The translations under genes and the position numbers were made by a program. Below the pieces are notes generated by a model that was not told the DNA's origin, searched no databases, and saw nothing but the letters and a program-made list of their open reading frames with translations. Shown here in pieces: positions 37,900-47,513 of a stretch of DNA of 64,000 bases; the stretch's first letter is position 1, and each line of letters begins with the position of its first letter. The stretch is taken from assembly GCA_005801385.1 (NCBI GenBank), contig SYEM01000307.1, forward strand, positions 198-64,197, written 5' to 3'. Source of the DNA: Verrucomicrobiales bacterium. GTDB taxonomy: Bacteria > Verrucomicrobiota > Verrucomicrobiia > Limisphaerales > UBA9464.

Positions 37900-38715
37900 T
37901 CAATAGAGAGGCTTTCCTTCATCTCGTGTCAAAATTTCTGGGTCGCCATCCGTTACTAGAACCGTGTGTTCGTAATGAGCGGATAGTTGGCGATCCTTTG
38001 TCACAACAGTCCATCGGTCCCTCAGGATTTCGACCCCTGGAGTTCCAACATTGACCATTGGCTCGATTGCAATTGTTAAGCCGGAGACAAGCCGACAGTT
38101 GTACCGATCATCAACGTAGTTGGGAATCTGCGGTTCTTCATGAACCGATCGCCCGACTCCATGGCCGACAAATTCTCGAACAACATTGAACCCATTGGTT
38201 TCCACATGAGTCTGGATCGCCTTGGATATGTCGGAGACCTTGTTGCCGGCCCGAGCTTGCGCGATGCCCAAGTAGAGGGAGTCTACCGTGACATCCATTA
38301 GTTTTTGAGCAGATGGGGAACAACCACCAACGGCAACCGTCATGGCGACATCGCCCACAAACCCACGGAAACGCACTCCCACATCCAATTTTAGCAAATC
38401 ACCATACTGGAGCCGGCGCTCAGAGCCGATTCCATGAACGACACCCTCATTAACTGATATGCAACAATTGGATGGGAAATTGCGATAGCCAAGGAAGGCA
38501 CTTACAGCACCTTGGGATTCAATTAGCGAACCAACCGTGCGATCTAAATCTAACGTTGTTATGCCGGGACGAATTGTCGCAGCAGCATGGCGCAAGACTT
38601 TAGCCGCAATATATCCCGCACGCCTCACTATCGCAACCTCGGACGGCGTCTTTGGTTGTGGAGTGGGCACCGGCAAAGAATCGGTTACCGACCGACGAGA
38701 TTTGACAAAGAACAA
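37900..38715 (-). CDS. map: type I methionine aminopeptidase
   Basis: 271 aa. CISVNEGVVHGI, DVGVRFRGFVGD, HGVGRSVHEEP, EPM. Confidence 0.93.
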   Translation of the reverse strand: MFFVKSRRSVTDSLPVPTPQPKTPSEVAIVRRAGYIAAKVLRHAAATIRPGITTLDLDRTVGSLIESQGAVSAFLGYRNFPSNCCISVNEGVVHGIGSERRLQYGDLLKLDVGVRFRGFVGDVAMTVAVGGCSPSAQKLMDVTVDSLYLGIAQARAGNKVSDISKAIQTHVETNGFNVVREFVGHGVGRSVHEEPQIPNYVDDRYNCRLVSGLTIAIEPMVNVGTPGVEILRDRWTVVTKDRQLSAHYEHTVLVTDGDPEILTRDEGKPLY

Positions 38716-38724
38716 TTACGTAAA

Positions 38725-40110
38725 TTAGCTACGACCTTTGACGCGCCCCTTCTTCAAGAATCCGTCATAGTGGCGCATCAACAAGAATGATTCCATCTGC
38801 CGCATGGTATCTAAAAGAACACCGACAGTAATCAACATCGATGTTCCTCCGAAAAACTGCGTGATCGAGTAATCCAAGTTTAGAAACCGAGTCATCAGAG
38901 TCGGGATTAAGGCAATGATCACGAGGAATACACCTCCCGCGAAGGTGATTCGGTTCATGATTTTATGGAGTGCGTCAGCGGTAGCCTGCCCAGGACGAAT
39001 TCCAGGAATGTAGCCACCATATTTCTTTAAGTCGTCAGCGACCTGGAGCTCGTTAAACTGGGTAGCCACCCAAAAGTAGGAGAAAAAGAGAATCATCAAG
39101 GCCTCAGCAACGAAGTAAAACCAACTGGAGTAGCTGAAGAGAGCACCTATCTTGATGAAGATCTCTAAATTGTAGACTTGGCCAAGCTTTTGAAACAGCA
39201 TCCCCGGAATCATTAAAATCGCCTGTGCGAAAATAACCGGCATTACACCGGTGTAATTCACCTTTAGCGGAATGTAAGAAGTACCACCGGAATATACTTT
39301 CCGTCCCACGGCTCGTTGGGCGTACTGAACAGGAAGTTTCCTCTGACCTTGGCTGATCATTATCACACCAGCAACAACCACAACCAAGAGAATAAGAAGG
39401 AATACCCCATACATCCAGTTGGTAGTCCTCGGCAAATCGGCGGGGGGAAAAAATCTGAACCAAAGATCTTTGATGGCGATTGGTAGGCGAGCCAGAATCC
39501 CGACTGTAATGATTAACGAAACACCATTGCCAATACCGCGCTCCGTAATTTGCTCTCCAAGCCACATCAAAAGAAGAGTTCCGGTAGTGAGAATCACGGT
39601 CGTCTGAATTCTATAAACCCATGGGTTATCGACAAGCACAAGGCGACCAGTAAATCCTGGAAATGTAGCTTCGGGGTTCTGCCACCCTAGGGCCATTACC
39701 AACCCTTGCCCTAGGCAGAGCAAGACAGTGAGATAACGCCCGTAGGCGACTATCTTAGCTCTCCCGCCCTCCTCCCGAACAAGCTTGTTTAAGGCCGGAA
39801 TCACGGCAGAGAGCAGTTGGATAATGATGGTGGCACTGATGTAGGGCATGATACCCAATGCGCCGACGGCACAACGCTCTATGGCACCGCCGGTGAAAAG
39901 ACTGTAAAGCGCAACAACGGAGTTTCCTTGTCCGCTTTGCTCGGCCAATTTTTGGAAATACGCAGATAGCTCGGCTCCGTTCAGGCCGGGCACCGGAGTC
40001 ATCGAAACAAGCCGCACCACAATCAAGACAAGCCCTGTGAAGAGGATCCGAGAACGAAGCTCCGGAATCCTCAAGCAGTTCGAGAAGGTCTTGAAAAGTT
40101 GGCCAAGCAT
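38725..40110 (-). CDS. secY: preprotein translocase subunit SecY
   Basis: 461 aa, 10 TM helices. LFTGGAIERCAVGALGIMPYISATIIIQLL, GGYIPGIRPG. Confidence 0.97.
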   Translation of the reverse strand: MLGQLFKTFSNCLRIPELRSRILFTGLVLIVVRLVSMTPVPGLNGAELSAYFQKLAEQSGQGNSVVALYSLFTGGAIERCAVGALGIMPYISATIIIQLLSAVIPALNKLVREEGGRAKIVAYGRYLTVLLCLGQGLVMALGWQNPEATFPGFTGRLVLVDNPWVYRIQTTVILTTGTLLLMWLGEQITERGIGNGVSLIITVGILARLPIAIKDLWFRFFPPADLPRTTNWMYGVFLLILLVVVVAGVIMISQGQRKLPVQYAQRAVGRKVYSGGTSYIPLKVNYTGVMPVIFAQAILMIPGMLFQKLGQVYNLEIFIKIGALFSYSSWFYFVAEALMILFFSYFWVATQFNELQVADDLKKYGGYIPGIRPGQATADALHKIMNRITFAGGVFLVIIALIPTLMTRFLNLDYSITQFFGGTSMLITVGVLLDTMRQMESFLLMRHYDGFLKKGRVKGRS

Positions 40111-40137
40111 CGGAGGACGAAGTTATGCGGGTGTCGT

Positions 40138-40584
40138 TTAGGAGGAAGATTCAGCGCGTCCACCGAGACGCTCAATAGCCTCTTTTGCGGCAGCACTGAA
40201 TGCCGCTACCCTTACGGTCAGTTTCTTGGCTAGAACACCCCGAGCCAAAATCTTGATTGGCAGGACTTGACCGTTTGCCAACCCAGCCTTGCGGAGCGCT
40301 CCTTCGTCAATCGTAGCGCCGTCAGCAAACATGTTTAAGGAGTCAAGATTTACCGGCGCATACTCAGTTGCAAAACGAGCGTTGTTGAATCCGCGTTTTG
40401 GCAGCCGGCGAATCAACGGCATTTGGCCGCCTTCGAAACCGATTCTTATTGAACTGCCGGAACGTGCCGACTGGCCCTTCCCGCCGCGACCTGAGGTCTT
40501 ACCATGGCCGCTAGATTCGCCAGCACCTAAACGCTTCCTTCGATGTTTGGCGCCTGGACGAGGTTTGATGGAATGAAGTCTCAT
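40138..40584 (-). CDS. rplO: 50S ribosomal protein L15
   Basis: 148 aa. GHGKTSGRGGKGQSARSG, QMPLIRRLPKRGF. Confidence 0.95.
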   Translation of the reverse strand: MRLHSIKPRPGAKHRRKRLGAGESSGHGKTSGRGGKGQSARSGSSIRIGFEGGQMPLIRRLPKRGFNNARFATEYAPVNLDSLNMFADGATIDEGALRKAGLANGQVLPIKILARGVLAKKLTVRVAAFSAAAKEAIERLGGRAESSS

Positions 40585-40590
40585 ATCTGG

Positions 40591-41226
40591 TCAGGAGGAT
40601 TGGTGGCCCGAATTGCGCACCTCGATGCCGCGGGACCGGAGTATGTCGTCTCGATGGCGAAGTTGCATGAGGGCGCCGAGCGTCGCCTTGGCGACATTGG
40701 CTGGATTTTTCGACCCCAAAGACTTGGAAAGAACGTCCCGAACGCCCACGGATTCAACTACGGCTCGGACTGTTTTGCCGCAGATCAATCCAGTCCCTGG
40801 GCTGGCAGGCTTGAGTAAAACGCGTGCCCCATCGTATTCAGCCAAGACCTCATGAGGAATTGTCTTGTCCTTCAAAGCCACAGGAGCCAATTGGGACTTA
40901 GCCCCTTCCCCCGCCTTACGAATCGCATCGGCGACTTCATTTCCCTTGCCAAGACCGAGGCCAACACGTCCCTTTTTATCGCCCACCACGACCAAGGCGC
41001 TGAAACTGAAACGACGGCCACCCTTGACGACCTTTGCGGATCTATTGACGAAGATCGTCTTCTCAACAAATCCACTATCACGATCGCCTTCAGGCTCTTG
41101 GTTGCGACGACGAGGCCGGTGCCCTCGATCACCACGGTGGTCACGGCCCCTATCTGGGCGATCACCCCGAGGGGGGAGGGCCACTGGTGGCTGCTGGGTT
41201 GATTCTACCTTGTTTTCTTCAGACAC
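40591..41226 (-). CDS. rpsE: 30S ribosomal protein S5 (Arg/Asp/Gly-rich N-terminal extension)
   Basis: 211 aa. [40 protein letters not shown]. Confidence 0.95.
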   Translation of the reverse strand: MSEENKVESTQQPPVALPPRGDRPDRGRDHRGDRGHRPRRRNQEPEGDRDSGFVEKTIFVNRSAKVVKGGRRFSFSALVVVGDKKGRVGLGLGKGNEVADAIRKAGEGAKSQLAPVALKDKTIPHEVLAEYDGARVLLKPASPGTGLICGKTVRAVVESVGVRDVLSKSLGSKNPANVAKATLGALMQLRHRDDILRSRGIEVRNSGHQSS

Positions 41227-41246
41227 AATCGTTCCTCCGATGGCGG

Positions 41247-41612
41247 TTAGAATTTAAGGCCCCCTTCACGGGCGGCATCTGCCAAGGCCTTCACCTTGCC
41301 ATGGTAACGGGCGCCACTCCGGTCGAACACGACCTGGGAGATTCCGACAGCCAAAGCGGTCTGGGCTGCACGCTTTCCAAGGACTAACGCAGTCTTGGCG
41401 TTGGCACCCTTCTGCTCCCCAGCGGCGACCTTGTCGCGGGTTCCAGCCGACGCGAGGGTTCGGCCGCTCAAATCGTCTATGAACTGAACGTAGACGTGCG
41501 CTCCAGTGAATTTTACGCTCATCCGGGGCCGATCGGCTGTGCCAACCACCTTTTTCCGCAGACGCCACTGGCGCAGTTGCAGGCGACGGGCTTTTTCTTG
41601 AGGTTTCATCAA
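41247..41612 (-). CDS. rplR: 50S ribosomal protein L18
   Basis: 121 aa. [20 protein letters not shown] ... [26 protein letters not shown]. Confidence 0.95.
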   Translation of the reverse strand: MMKPQEKARRLQLRQWRLRKKVVGTADRPRMSVKFTGAHVYVQFIDDLSGRTLASAGTRDKVAAGEQKGANAKTALVLGKRAAQTALAVGISQVVFDRSGARYHGKVKALADAAREGGLKF

Positions 41613-41629
41613 AACGATCAGTTCTGAAA

Positions 41630-42166
41630 TTATTGGACGGTCTTGCCTTCCTTGCGGATGACCTTCTCGCCAACATAACGAACTCCTTTGCCCTTGTAGG
41701 GCTCTGGCGGATAGAAGCTCCGAAGCTCGGAAGCCACACGGCCAACAAGCTCCTTATCTATACCTTCGACGGAAAGCTTGGTATTCTCCTCGACCGTCAC
41801 TTTGATCCCATCGGGTATTGGATATAGGATTGGGTGGCTGTATCCTAGGGCCATGTTCACGATCTTGCCCTGGACGGCGGCCTTGAATCCCACGCCTTGG
41901 ATTTCAAGCTTCTTCGAGAACCCCTCAGTAACACCCTTCACCAAGTTGTTGACCAACGCACGGGCTAAACCATGCATCGCCCTGGCTTCCGAGCTCTCAC
42001 CCGCGCGGGAAAGAATTACGGAACCGCCCTCAACCTTAGCATCGGTTAACTTGGGAAGCGAGAGATCGAGCTTGCCCTTGGGACCCTCGACCACAACACG
42101 ACCACCGCTTACCGATACCTTGACCTTTTGCGGGATAGCTACAGGTGTCTTTCCAATTCGGGACAT
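41630..42166 (-). CDS. rplF: 50S ribosomal protein L6
   Basis: The track ORF is trimmed to MSRIGKTPVAIPQKVKV (ATG at 42166). LEIQGVGFKA, GYSHPI. Confidence 0.95.
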   Translation of the reverse strand: MSRIGKTPVAIPQKVKVSVSGGRVVVEGPKGKLDLSLPKLTDAKVEGGSVILSRAGESSEARAMHGLARALVNNLVKGVTEGFSKKLEIQGVGFKAAVQGKIVNMALGYSHPILYPIPDGIKVTVEENTKLSVEGIDKELVGRVASELRSFYPPEPYKGKGVRYVGEKVIRKEGKTVQ

Positions 42167-42185
42167 AGGCGTTTGAGGCTTCGAA

Positions 42186-42572
42186 CTACCAGACAAAACA
42201 TAGGACTTCCCCACCCAGCTTATTTTTCCGGGCCTGAACGTCAGTCATAACCCCTTTCGGCGTCGAGAGAACGGCAACACCCATACCACCGAGTACGCGT
42301 GGAATCTCGCGGGCATTGACGTACCTCCGAAGACCCGGAGTGCTCACCTGACGTAAACCGGTGATAACACTTTTTCGGCCCTGATAGCGGAGGGAAATTT
42401 TAAGCGATTTCTTCACATCGCCTTCGACCTCGACTGAACTGAGATAGCCTTCGTGGCTCAAGACACGGGCGATGGATTCCTTAAAGGCAGAGTGCGGCAG
42501 CGAGAGGTCAGCATGGCCCGCGGTACCCGCATTCCGGATGCGGGTGAGAAGATCAGATATTGGATCGTGCAT
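42186..42572 (-). CDS. rpsH: 30S ribosomal protein S8
   Basis: 128 aa. MHDPISDLLTRIRNA ... GGEVLCFVW. Confidence 0.96.
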   Translation of the reverse strand: MHDPISDLLTRIRNAGTAGHADLSLPHSAFKESIARVLSHEGYLSSVEVEGDVKKSLKISLRYQGRKSVITGLRQVSTPGLRRYVNAREIPRVLGGMGVAVLSTPKGVMTDVQARKNKLGGEVLCFVW

Positions 42573-42583
42573 GGTGATAGAAA

Positions 42584-42853
42584 TTACCAGCTAGCCTTGG
42601 TCACGCCCGGGATCAATCCGTTTAGAGCTGCCTCACGGAAAGTCAGTCGTGAGACACCGTACTTGCGGATGAAAGCATGTCTGCGACCGCTGAATTGGCA
42701 ACGATTCACGAGGCGAACCGGGCTTGCATCTCTAGGAAGAGACGCAAGAGCCTTATAGTCCCCCTTGGCCTTCAATTCTGCGCGCAATGCGGCGAACTTC
42801 TTGACGGTGGTCGCCTTGCGTTTGTTGCGTTCAAGCCAACTTTTCTTTGCCAT
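42584..42853 (-). CDS. rpsN: 30S ribosomal protein S14 (long, non-zinc type)
   Basis: 89 aa. [40 protein letters not shown]. Confidence 0.95.
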   Translation of the reverse strand: MAKKSWLERNKRKATTVKKFAALRAELKAKGDYKALASLPRDASPVRLVNRCQFSGRRHAFIRKYGVSRLTFREAALNGLIPGVTKASW

Positions 42854-42871
42854 AGGTCCTAAAGATTCCGG

Positions 42872-43411
42872 TTACTTCGAGAAGGGCATTCCCATCATCT
42901 TGAGTAGATCATATGCCTCTTCGTCAGTAGGGGCACTAGTCACGATGGTGATATCCATTCCTTGCTGCCGTTTGATTTTGTCGAGTTCGATTTCAGGAAA
43001 GATTGTTTGGTCTGGCAGTCCCAAGGAATAAGTTCCGCGACCGTCGAATTTTCTCGAAGATATTCCACGAAAGTCGCGAACCCTTGGCAGTGCAGCAGTG
43101 ATGAGCCTGTCGAGGAACTCGTACATGACACCCCGTCGAAGGGTCACTTTGCAGCCGACATTCTGCCCCTGCCGAAGCTTGAAGTTTGCTATGCTTTTCT
43201 TGGCCTTGGTCACGACGGGCTTCCGCCCAGTGATCATCCCGAGCTCCTTCACAGCTTCCTCAATGGATCCCTTTTCAGAATCCGACCGAACCCCCATGTT
43301 GATGACTATCTTCTCTATGCGGGGCACTTGATGGGGATTAGCGTAACCTCGCTTGGCCTTGAGTGCCGGAGCAACTTCGGTTGCGTACTTGGTCTGGAGA
43401 CGTGGAATCAT
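42872..43411 (-). CDS. rplE: 50S ribosomal protein L5
   Basis: 179 aa. [33 protein letters not shown]. Confidence 0.96.
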   Translation of the reverse strand: MIPRLQTKYATEVAPALKAKRGYANPHQVPRIEKIVINMGVRSDSEKGSIEEAVKELGMITGRKPVVTKAKKSIANFKLRQGQNVGCKVTLRRGVMYEFLDRLITAALPRVRDFRGISSRKFDGRGTYSLGLPDQTIFPEIELDKIKRQQGMDITIVTSAPTDEEAYDLLKMMGMPFSK

Positions 43412-43440
43412 AATTCCGAAATACGGATGAATTCAGACAA

Positions 43441-43764
43441 TCAGCTCTTCTTAGAATGGCGAGCTTTGCGGCGCTCGAATTCGTCAACCCTCATTACATT
43501 CGAAACGTGGACAGGACTTTCGAGCCACAGAAAACCACCTTCAGGATTCTGCTGACTTTTGCGCAAGTAGTGGAGCACTGGCTTGACCAAACGGCGACGT
43601 TCTTCACCTTCCCTCGAGCGCTCGTCAGCTCCTTCCAAAACAACTGAGGAGATCGAGGTCAGGACCTCACGGATCTTGCCGCGACGCCCCCTAGCAGACC
43701 CCGCGATCACCACGACGTCATCGCCGCGGCGTACATGGAAACGCTGTCTCTTTTGATCGCTCAT
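43441..43764 (-). CDS. rplX: 50S ribosomal protein L24
   Basis: 107 aa. KOW motif [21 protein letters not shown]. Confidence 0.93.
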   Translation of the reverse strand: MSDQKRQRFHVRRGDDVVVIAGSARGRRGKIREVLTSISSVVLEGADERSREGEERRRLVKPVLHYLRKSQQNPEGGFLWLESPVHVSNVMRVDEFERRKARHSKKS

Positions 43765-43773
43765 ATCTTTTCC

Positions 43774-44139
43774 TCAGATGACCTCTGGAGCCAACGAGAT
43801 GATCTTCATGAATTTCTTCTCACGGAGTTCCCGCGCTACGGGACCAAAAATGCGGGTTCCACGGGGATTATTTTCCTTATCGATAATTACGACCGCGTTG
43901 CGATCGAACCGGAGGTAAGAGCCATCAGCGCGGCGGATTGGCTGACGAGTCCTGACAATGACAGCATTTTGAACCTCACCCTTTTTCACTGTACCGTCAG
44001 GAGCAGCTTCCTTGATGTGGACCTTGATGACGTCGCCCACGTGGGCATAGGCTTGGTTTTTCCCGATCACACCGATCGCCCACGCGACCTTGGCGCCGGT
44101 GTTGTCGGCCACATCGAGACTCGAACGGATTTGGATCAT
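43774..44139 (-). CDS. rplN: 50S ribosomal protein L14
   Basis: 121 aa. [17 protein letters not shown] ... [10 protein letters not shown]. Confidence 0.97.
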   Translation of the reverse strand: MIQIRSSLDVADNTGAKVAWAIGVIGKNQAYAHVGDVIKVHIKEAAPDGTVKKGEVQNAVIVRTRQPIRRADGSYLRFDRNAVVIIDKENNPRGTRIFGPVARELREKKFMKIISLAPEVI

Positions 44140-44156
44140 AAAACCCTAGATTTACC

Positions 44157-44447
44157 CTATTTGGACTCGGCCTTCACGGAACCGTCCCTGTTGAGAACTT
44201 GAACGAGCCTCCAACGCTTGGTTCGGGAGAGTGGACGGGTCTCTTGGATCCGGACGATGTCTCCGACATCAGCAATCTCGCCTTCGTCATGGGCGTAGAA
44301 CTTGCCGAATGAAGTGACCACCTTACCGATACCAGGATGACGGAAGCGGCGTTCCACTCGTACCACGATCGTTTTGGACATCTTGTCGGAGACGACTTCT
44401 CCGATGCGCTCTTTGCGATGCCCTCGGACTAGGGTTTGTTCTGCCAT
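44157..44447 (-). CDS. rpsQ: 30S ribosomal protein S17
   Basis: 96 aa. [26 protein letters not shown] ... YAHDE....[18 protein letters not shown]. Confidence 0.95.
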   Translation of the reverse strand: MAEQTLVRGHRKERIGEVVSDKMSKTIVVRVERRFRHPGIGKVVTSFGKFYAHDEGEIADVGDIVRIQETRPLSRTKRWRLVQVLNRDGSVKAESK

Positions 44448-44465
44448 GGTGATGTTGTGTAGGGC

Positions 44466-44669
44466 TTAAGCGCGCTGGCGGAGTTGCGTGATTCGCGTTT
44501 CACACTGGGCGATTTCTCTACGGATTGCACTGAGACGATGGGTCTTCTCCAATCTTGCTGTCGCCTTCTGCACCCGGAGGTTGAAGAGCTCCTGGCGAAG
44601 ATCCCGGGCGCGAGCGCCGAGCTCCTGAGAGGTTAACTCCTTCAAATTCTGAAACTTAGCCTTGGCCAT
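44466..44669 (-). CDS. rpmC: 50S ribosomal protein L29
   Basis: 67 aa. LR..ELFNLRVQKATARLE.TH.L..IRREIA. Correct operon position. Confidence 0.9.
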   Translation of the reverse strand: MAKAKFQNLKELTSQELGARARDLRQELFNLRVQKATARLEKTHRLSAIRREIAQCETRITQLRQRA

Positions 44670-44681
44670 ATTGCAGCGGGT

Positions 44682-45101
44682 TCACGCCAACTTGTGACGC
44701 ACGATAAATTTTGTTGATATAGGCAACTTGTTGGCCGCAAGACGCATGGCCTCGCGAGCAACCGCCTCAGGAACACCATCAACCTCGAAGAGGATGTTCG
44801 CAGGACGAATGACAGCAACCCAAGATTCAACTCCACCTTTTCCGGTTCCCATTCGTACCTCAAGAGGCTTCTTTGTGAAGCTCTTATCGGGGAAAATCCG
44901 AATCCAGACCTTCCCTCGACGCTTCATGAAGCGAGTAATTGCGACTCGAGCAGCTTCGATCTGCTTGGTGTCCATCCAGCACCGCTCGAGCGCCTGTAGA
45001 CCATACTCTCCGAATGCAACGCTGTTGCCTCTCGAGGCCAAGCCTCGTCGGCTTCCGCGGTGCATCTTACGGTACTTAACCCTGGCGGGCATCAATGCCA
45101 T
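44682..45101 (-). CDS. rplP: 50S ribosomal protein L16
   Basis: 139 aa. [13 protein letters not shown] ... [24 protein letters not shown]. Confidence 0.97.
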   Translation of the reverse strand: MALMPARVKYRKMHRGSRRGLASRGNSVAFGEYGLQALERCWMDTKQIEAARVAITRFMKRRGKVWIRIFPDKSFTKKPLEVRMGTGKGGVESWVAVIRPANILFEVDGVPEAVAREAMRLAANKLPISTKFIVRHKLA

Positions 45102-45119
45102 ACGAGAATCTCCTGAGAA

Positions 45120-45824
45120 TTACGGTTTTGCCGGTGCGGCGAATTCGGGACGGGCGCCAGGAACGATCGGGGAGGCAGAGATCGATTTGAGATCGGACCG
45201 CTTGACCTCTCCTTTACAGATCCAACATTTGACTCCCAGCTTTCCATAAACCGTCTGGGCTTCCGCGAAACCAAAATCGATGTTGGCGCGAAGAGTATGA
45301 AGCGGAACCCGACCTTGGTGGTAGGTCTCAACCCGAGACAACTCAGACCCGCCAAGCCGACCTGAACAACGAATCTTGATCCCTTCGACACCAAATTCCA
45401 TCGCGATTTGGATGGATTTCTTCATAGCGCGACGGAATGAGATGCGACGTTCGAGTTGCATCGCGACGCTCTCTGCAACTAACTGTGCGTCAGTCTCAGC
45501 CTGCTTCACCTCTTGAATGTCGACATAGACCTCTTTTCCGGTAAGCTTTGACAGCTCTTCCTTCAGCTTGTCGATTTCGGATCCCTTTCGCCCGATTACA
45601 ACACCAGGACGGGCCGTAAATATGGTAACACGGCATCGGCTGGCCGCCCGCTCGATCTGGATTTTGGGAACCGCAGCAGCTTCCAGCTTCCTCTTAAGAG
45701 TATCGCGGATGATGCGATCCTCGGTGAGCAAACCACCGAAATCACGCTTGCTTGCGTACCACTTGGAACGCCACTCACGGTTGAGCGGGATCCGGAGGCC
45801 GATAGGATTGGTTTTCTGGCCCAT
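45120..45824 (-). CDS. rpsC: 30S ribosomal protein S3
   Basis: 234 aa. MGQKTNPIGLRI ... KH domain, GRLGGSELSR.E.Y.QGRVPLHTLRANIDFG. Confidence 0.97.
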   Translation of the reverse strand: MGQKTNPIGLRIPLNREWRSKWYASKRDFGGLLTEDRIIRDTLKRKLEAAAVPKIQIERAASRCRVTIFTARPGVVIGRKGSEIDKLKEELSKLTGKEVYVDIQEVKQAETDAQLVAESVAMQLERRISFRRAMKKSIQIAMEFGVEGIKIRCSGRLGGSELSRVETYHQGRVPLHTLRANIDFGFAEAQTVYGKLGVKCWICKGEVKRSDLKSISASPIVPGARPEFAAPAKP

Positions 45825-45826
45825 GT

Positions 45827-46162
45827 TTAGATTCTTTCGGACAGGATGATCCGGACGTGGCAGGAACGCTTAATTATAGGTCCCGCGGAACCGCGGGCCT
45901 TAGGGGTGAACCGACGAAGGCCTCCAGCGGTCTCCGCTGCCGCCCGGGAGATTACCAAATTCTCCGCCCGGAGCCCGTGATTGTTTTCAGCGTTCGCAAT
46001 TGCTGAACGAAGGGTCTTAGCAACCACACGAGCGGACTTTCGGGGAACATGCTGGAGGATGGCCAGCGCCTCCTCAGCAGGGAGACCCTGCACCTGACGC
46101 ACGACTTCGCGCATTTTCTGGGCGGACATCCTGAAATTTTTAGTAATGGCCTGGACTTGCAT
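45827..46162 (-). CDS. rplV: 50S ribosomal protein L22
   Basis: 111 aa. RMSAQKMREVVRQVQG..AEEALAIL...P.K.A..V.K.L.SA.ANAE. Confidence 0.95.
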   Translation of the reverse strand: MQVQAITKNFRMSAQKMREVVRQVQGLPAEEALAILQHVPRKSARVVAKTLRSAIANAENNHGLRAENLVISRAAAETAGGLRRFTPKARGSAGPIIKRSCHVRIILSERI

Positions 46163-46171
46163 GGTGTTGGG

Positions 46172-46453
46172 CTACTTGGCTTCGGCCTTGGCGGTGTGGG
46201 CACCGTGCTTCTTGAATGTGCGGGTGAAGCTGAACTCTCCCAGCTTATGCCCCACCATGTTCTCGGTGACGAAGACGGCGTTGAAAACCCTGCCGTTGTG
46301 AACGTTGAAGGTCATTCCCACGAACTCCGGAGTGATCGTCGTGCGACGAGACCACGTCTTGATTGGAGCTCTAGCCTTGGAATCCTTCGACTTGTCGACC
46401 CTTCGTTGCAGGCTGGGATCGACGTACGGTCCCTTTTTGAGTGAACGACCCAT
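46172..46453 (-). CDS. rpsS: 30S ribosomal protein S19
   Basis: 93 aa. [12 protein letters not shown] ... [33 protein letters not shown]. Confidence 0.97.
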   Translation of the reverse strand: MGRSLKKGPYVDPSLQRRVDKSKDSKARAPIKTWSRRTTITPEFVGMTFNVHNGRVFNAVFVTENMVGHKLGEFSFTRTFKKHGAHTAKAEAK

Positions 46454-46460
46454 AGTCTTC

Positions 46461-47309
46461 TTACTTAAGTTTCATGGGACGGCCATCGCGCCGAACCAAT
46501 ATAAATCGATTGGAGAGCTTCCTCCGGTTACGAGTTCTATACCCCTTCGCGAGCAGACCCCAGGGCGAGGTGAGGTGCTGACGCCCACCGCCACCCTTGG
46601 ATTTACCCTGACCGCCACCGTTGGGGTGATCGACAGGGTTGCGAACCATACCTCGAGACATCGGTCGAATCCCCAAGTGCCGAGCACGCCCCGCTTTTCC
46701 CAACACCACATTCTCCCACTGAGCATTTCCAACTTGCCCAACCGTAGCGAAGCATTGTTCGTGAACCCTACGAATCTCACCCGAGGGCAACCTAATTTGG
46801 GCGTATCCGCTGTCCCGAGACATCAGCGTCGCACGCGAGCCGGCAGAACGTACCATTTGAGCCCCACGCCCAGGAAGCAGTTCAATATTGTGAATCGCCA
46901 AACCCACGGGGATATTTGCCAACGGGAGAGCATTCCCGGTGGTGGGTGCCGCCGCAGGGCCACTCATCACAGAATCACCCACCTTCAAACCGTCCGGGCA
47001 GAGAATGTAGGCACGCTCGCAATCCGTATACTCGATCAAAGCAAGGCGAGCCGTTCGGTTCGGATCGTACTCGACCGCAATTACCTTAGCCACAACGCCA
47101 ACCTTGCCGCGGCGGAAATCAACTGTACGAATCTTCCTTTTATGACCACCACCCCGCGCACGAACAGTTACGCGGCCATGGTTGTTTCGCCCGCCAGTCC
47201 CCTTCTTCGTAAAGACGAGGGACTTCTCGGGACGGGACTTCGTAACGTCCGAAAAATCTTCCACCGTGACATACCGGGTCGACGGCGTGAGCGGCCTAAA
47301 TGTTTTCAC
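46461..47309 (-). CDS. rplB: 50S ribosomal protein L2
   Basis: 282 aa, GTG start. [19 protein letters not shown] ... [14 protein letters not shown]. Confidence 0.97.
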   Translation of the reverse strand: MKTFRPLTPSTRYVTVEDFSDVTKSRPEKSLVFTKKGTGGRNNHGRVTVRARGGGHKRKIRTVDFRRGKVGVVAKVIAVEYDPNRTARLALIEYTDCERAYILCPDGLKVGDSVMSGPAAAPTTGNALPLANIPVGLAIHNIELLPGRGAQMVRSAGSRATLMSRDSGYAQIRLPSGEIRRVHEQCFATVGQVGNAQWENVVLGKAGRARHLGIRPMSRGMVRNPVDHPNGGGQGKSKGGGGRQHLTSPWGLLAKGYRTRNRRKLSNRFILVRRDGRPMKLK

Positions 47310-47513
47310 GAATTGGTCAGCGTTTGCGCGGGACGTCTGTCCTCGCGGATCCCGCCATCACTCCCGTTTGCTTGGGGCTCACGGTTATCGGCTGGACTCG
47401 ATCCGAATCCTCTTCTTTAAGAAGCGAAACGGAGCGAAGAGGTTACCCACTGAGCAACTCGGTGCAATACCTTTTTGAAGTTTTTTCTGGTGGCACGAAA
47501 GAATCGGGGGCCC

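Noticed and set aside
47380-47470. tRNA-like fragments on the minus strand upstream of rplB (GCTCAGTGGGTAA resembling a D-loop; GGATT-CGGATCG-AGTCC resembling a T-arm).
   Set aside because: There is no complementary acceptor stem, no GAGC closing the D-stem, and the loop does not match TTCRANY. This is not a tRNA. The local CCTCTTC...GAAGAGG hairpin is weak and has no U-tract.
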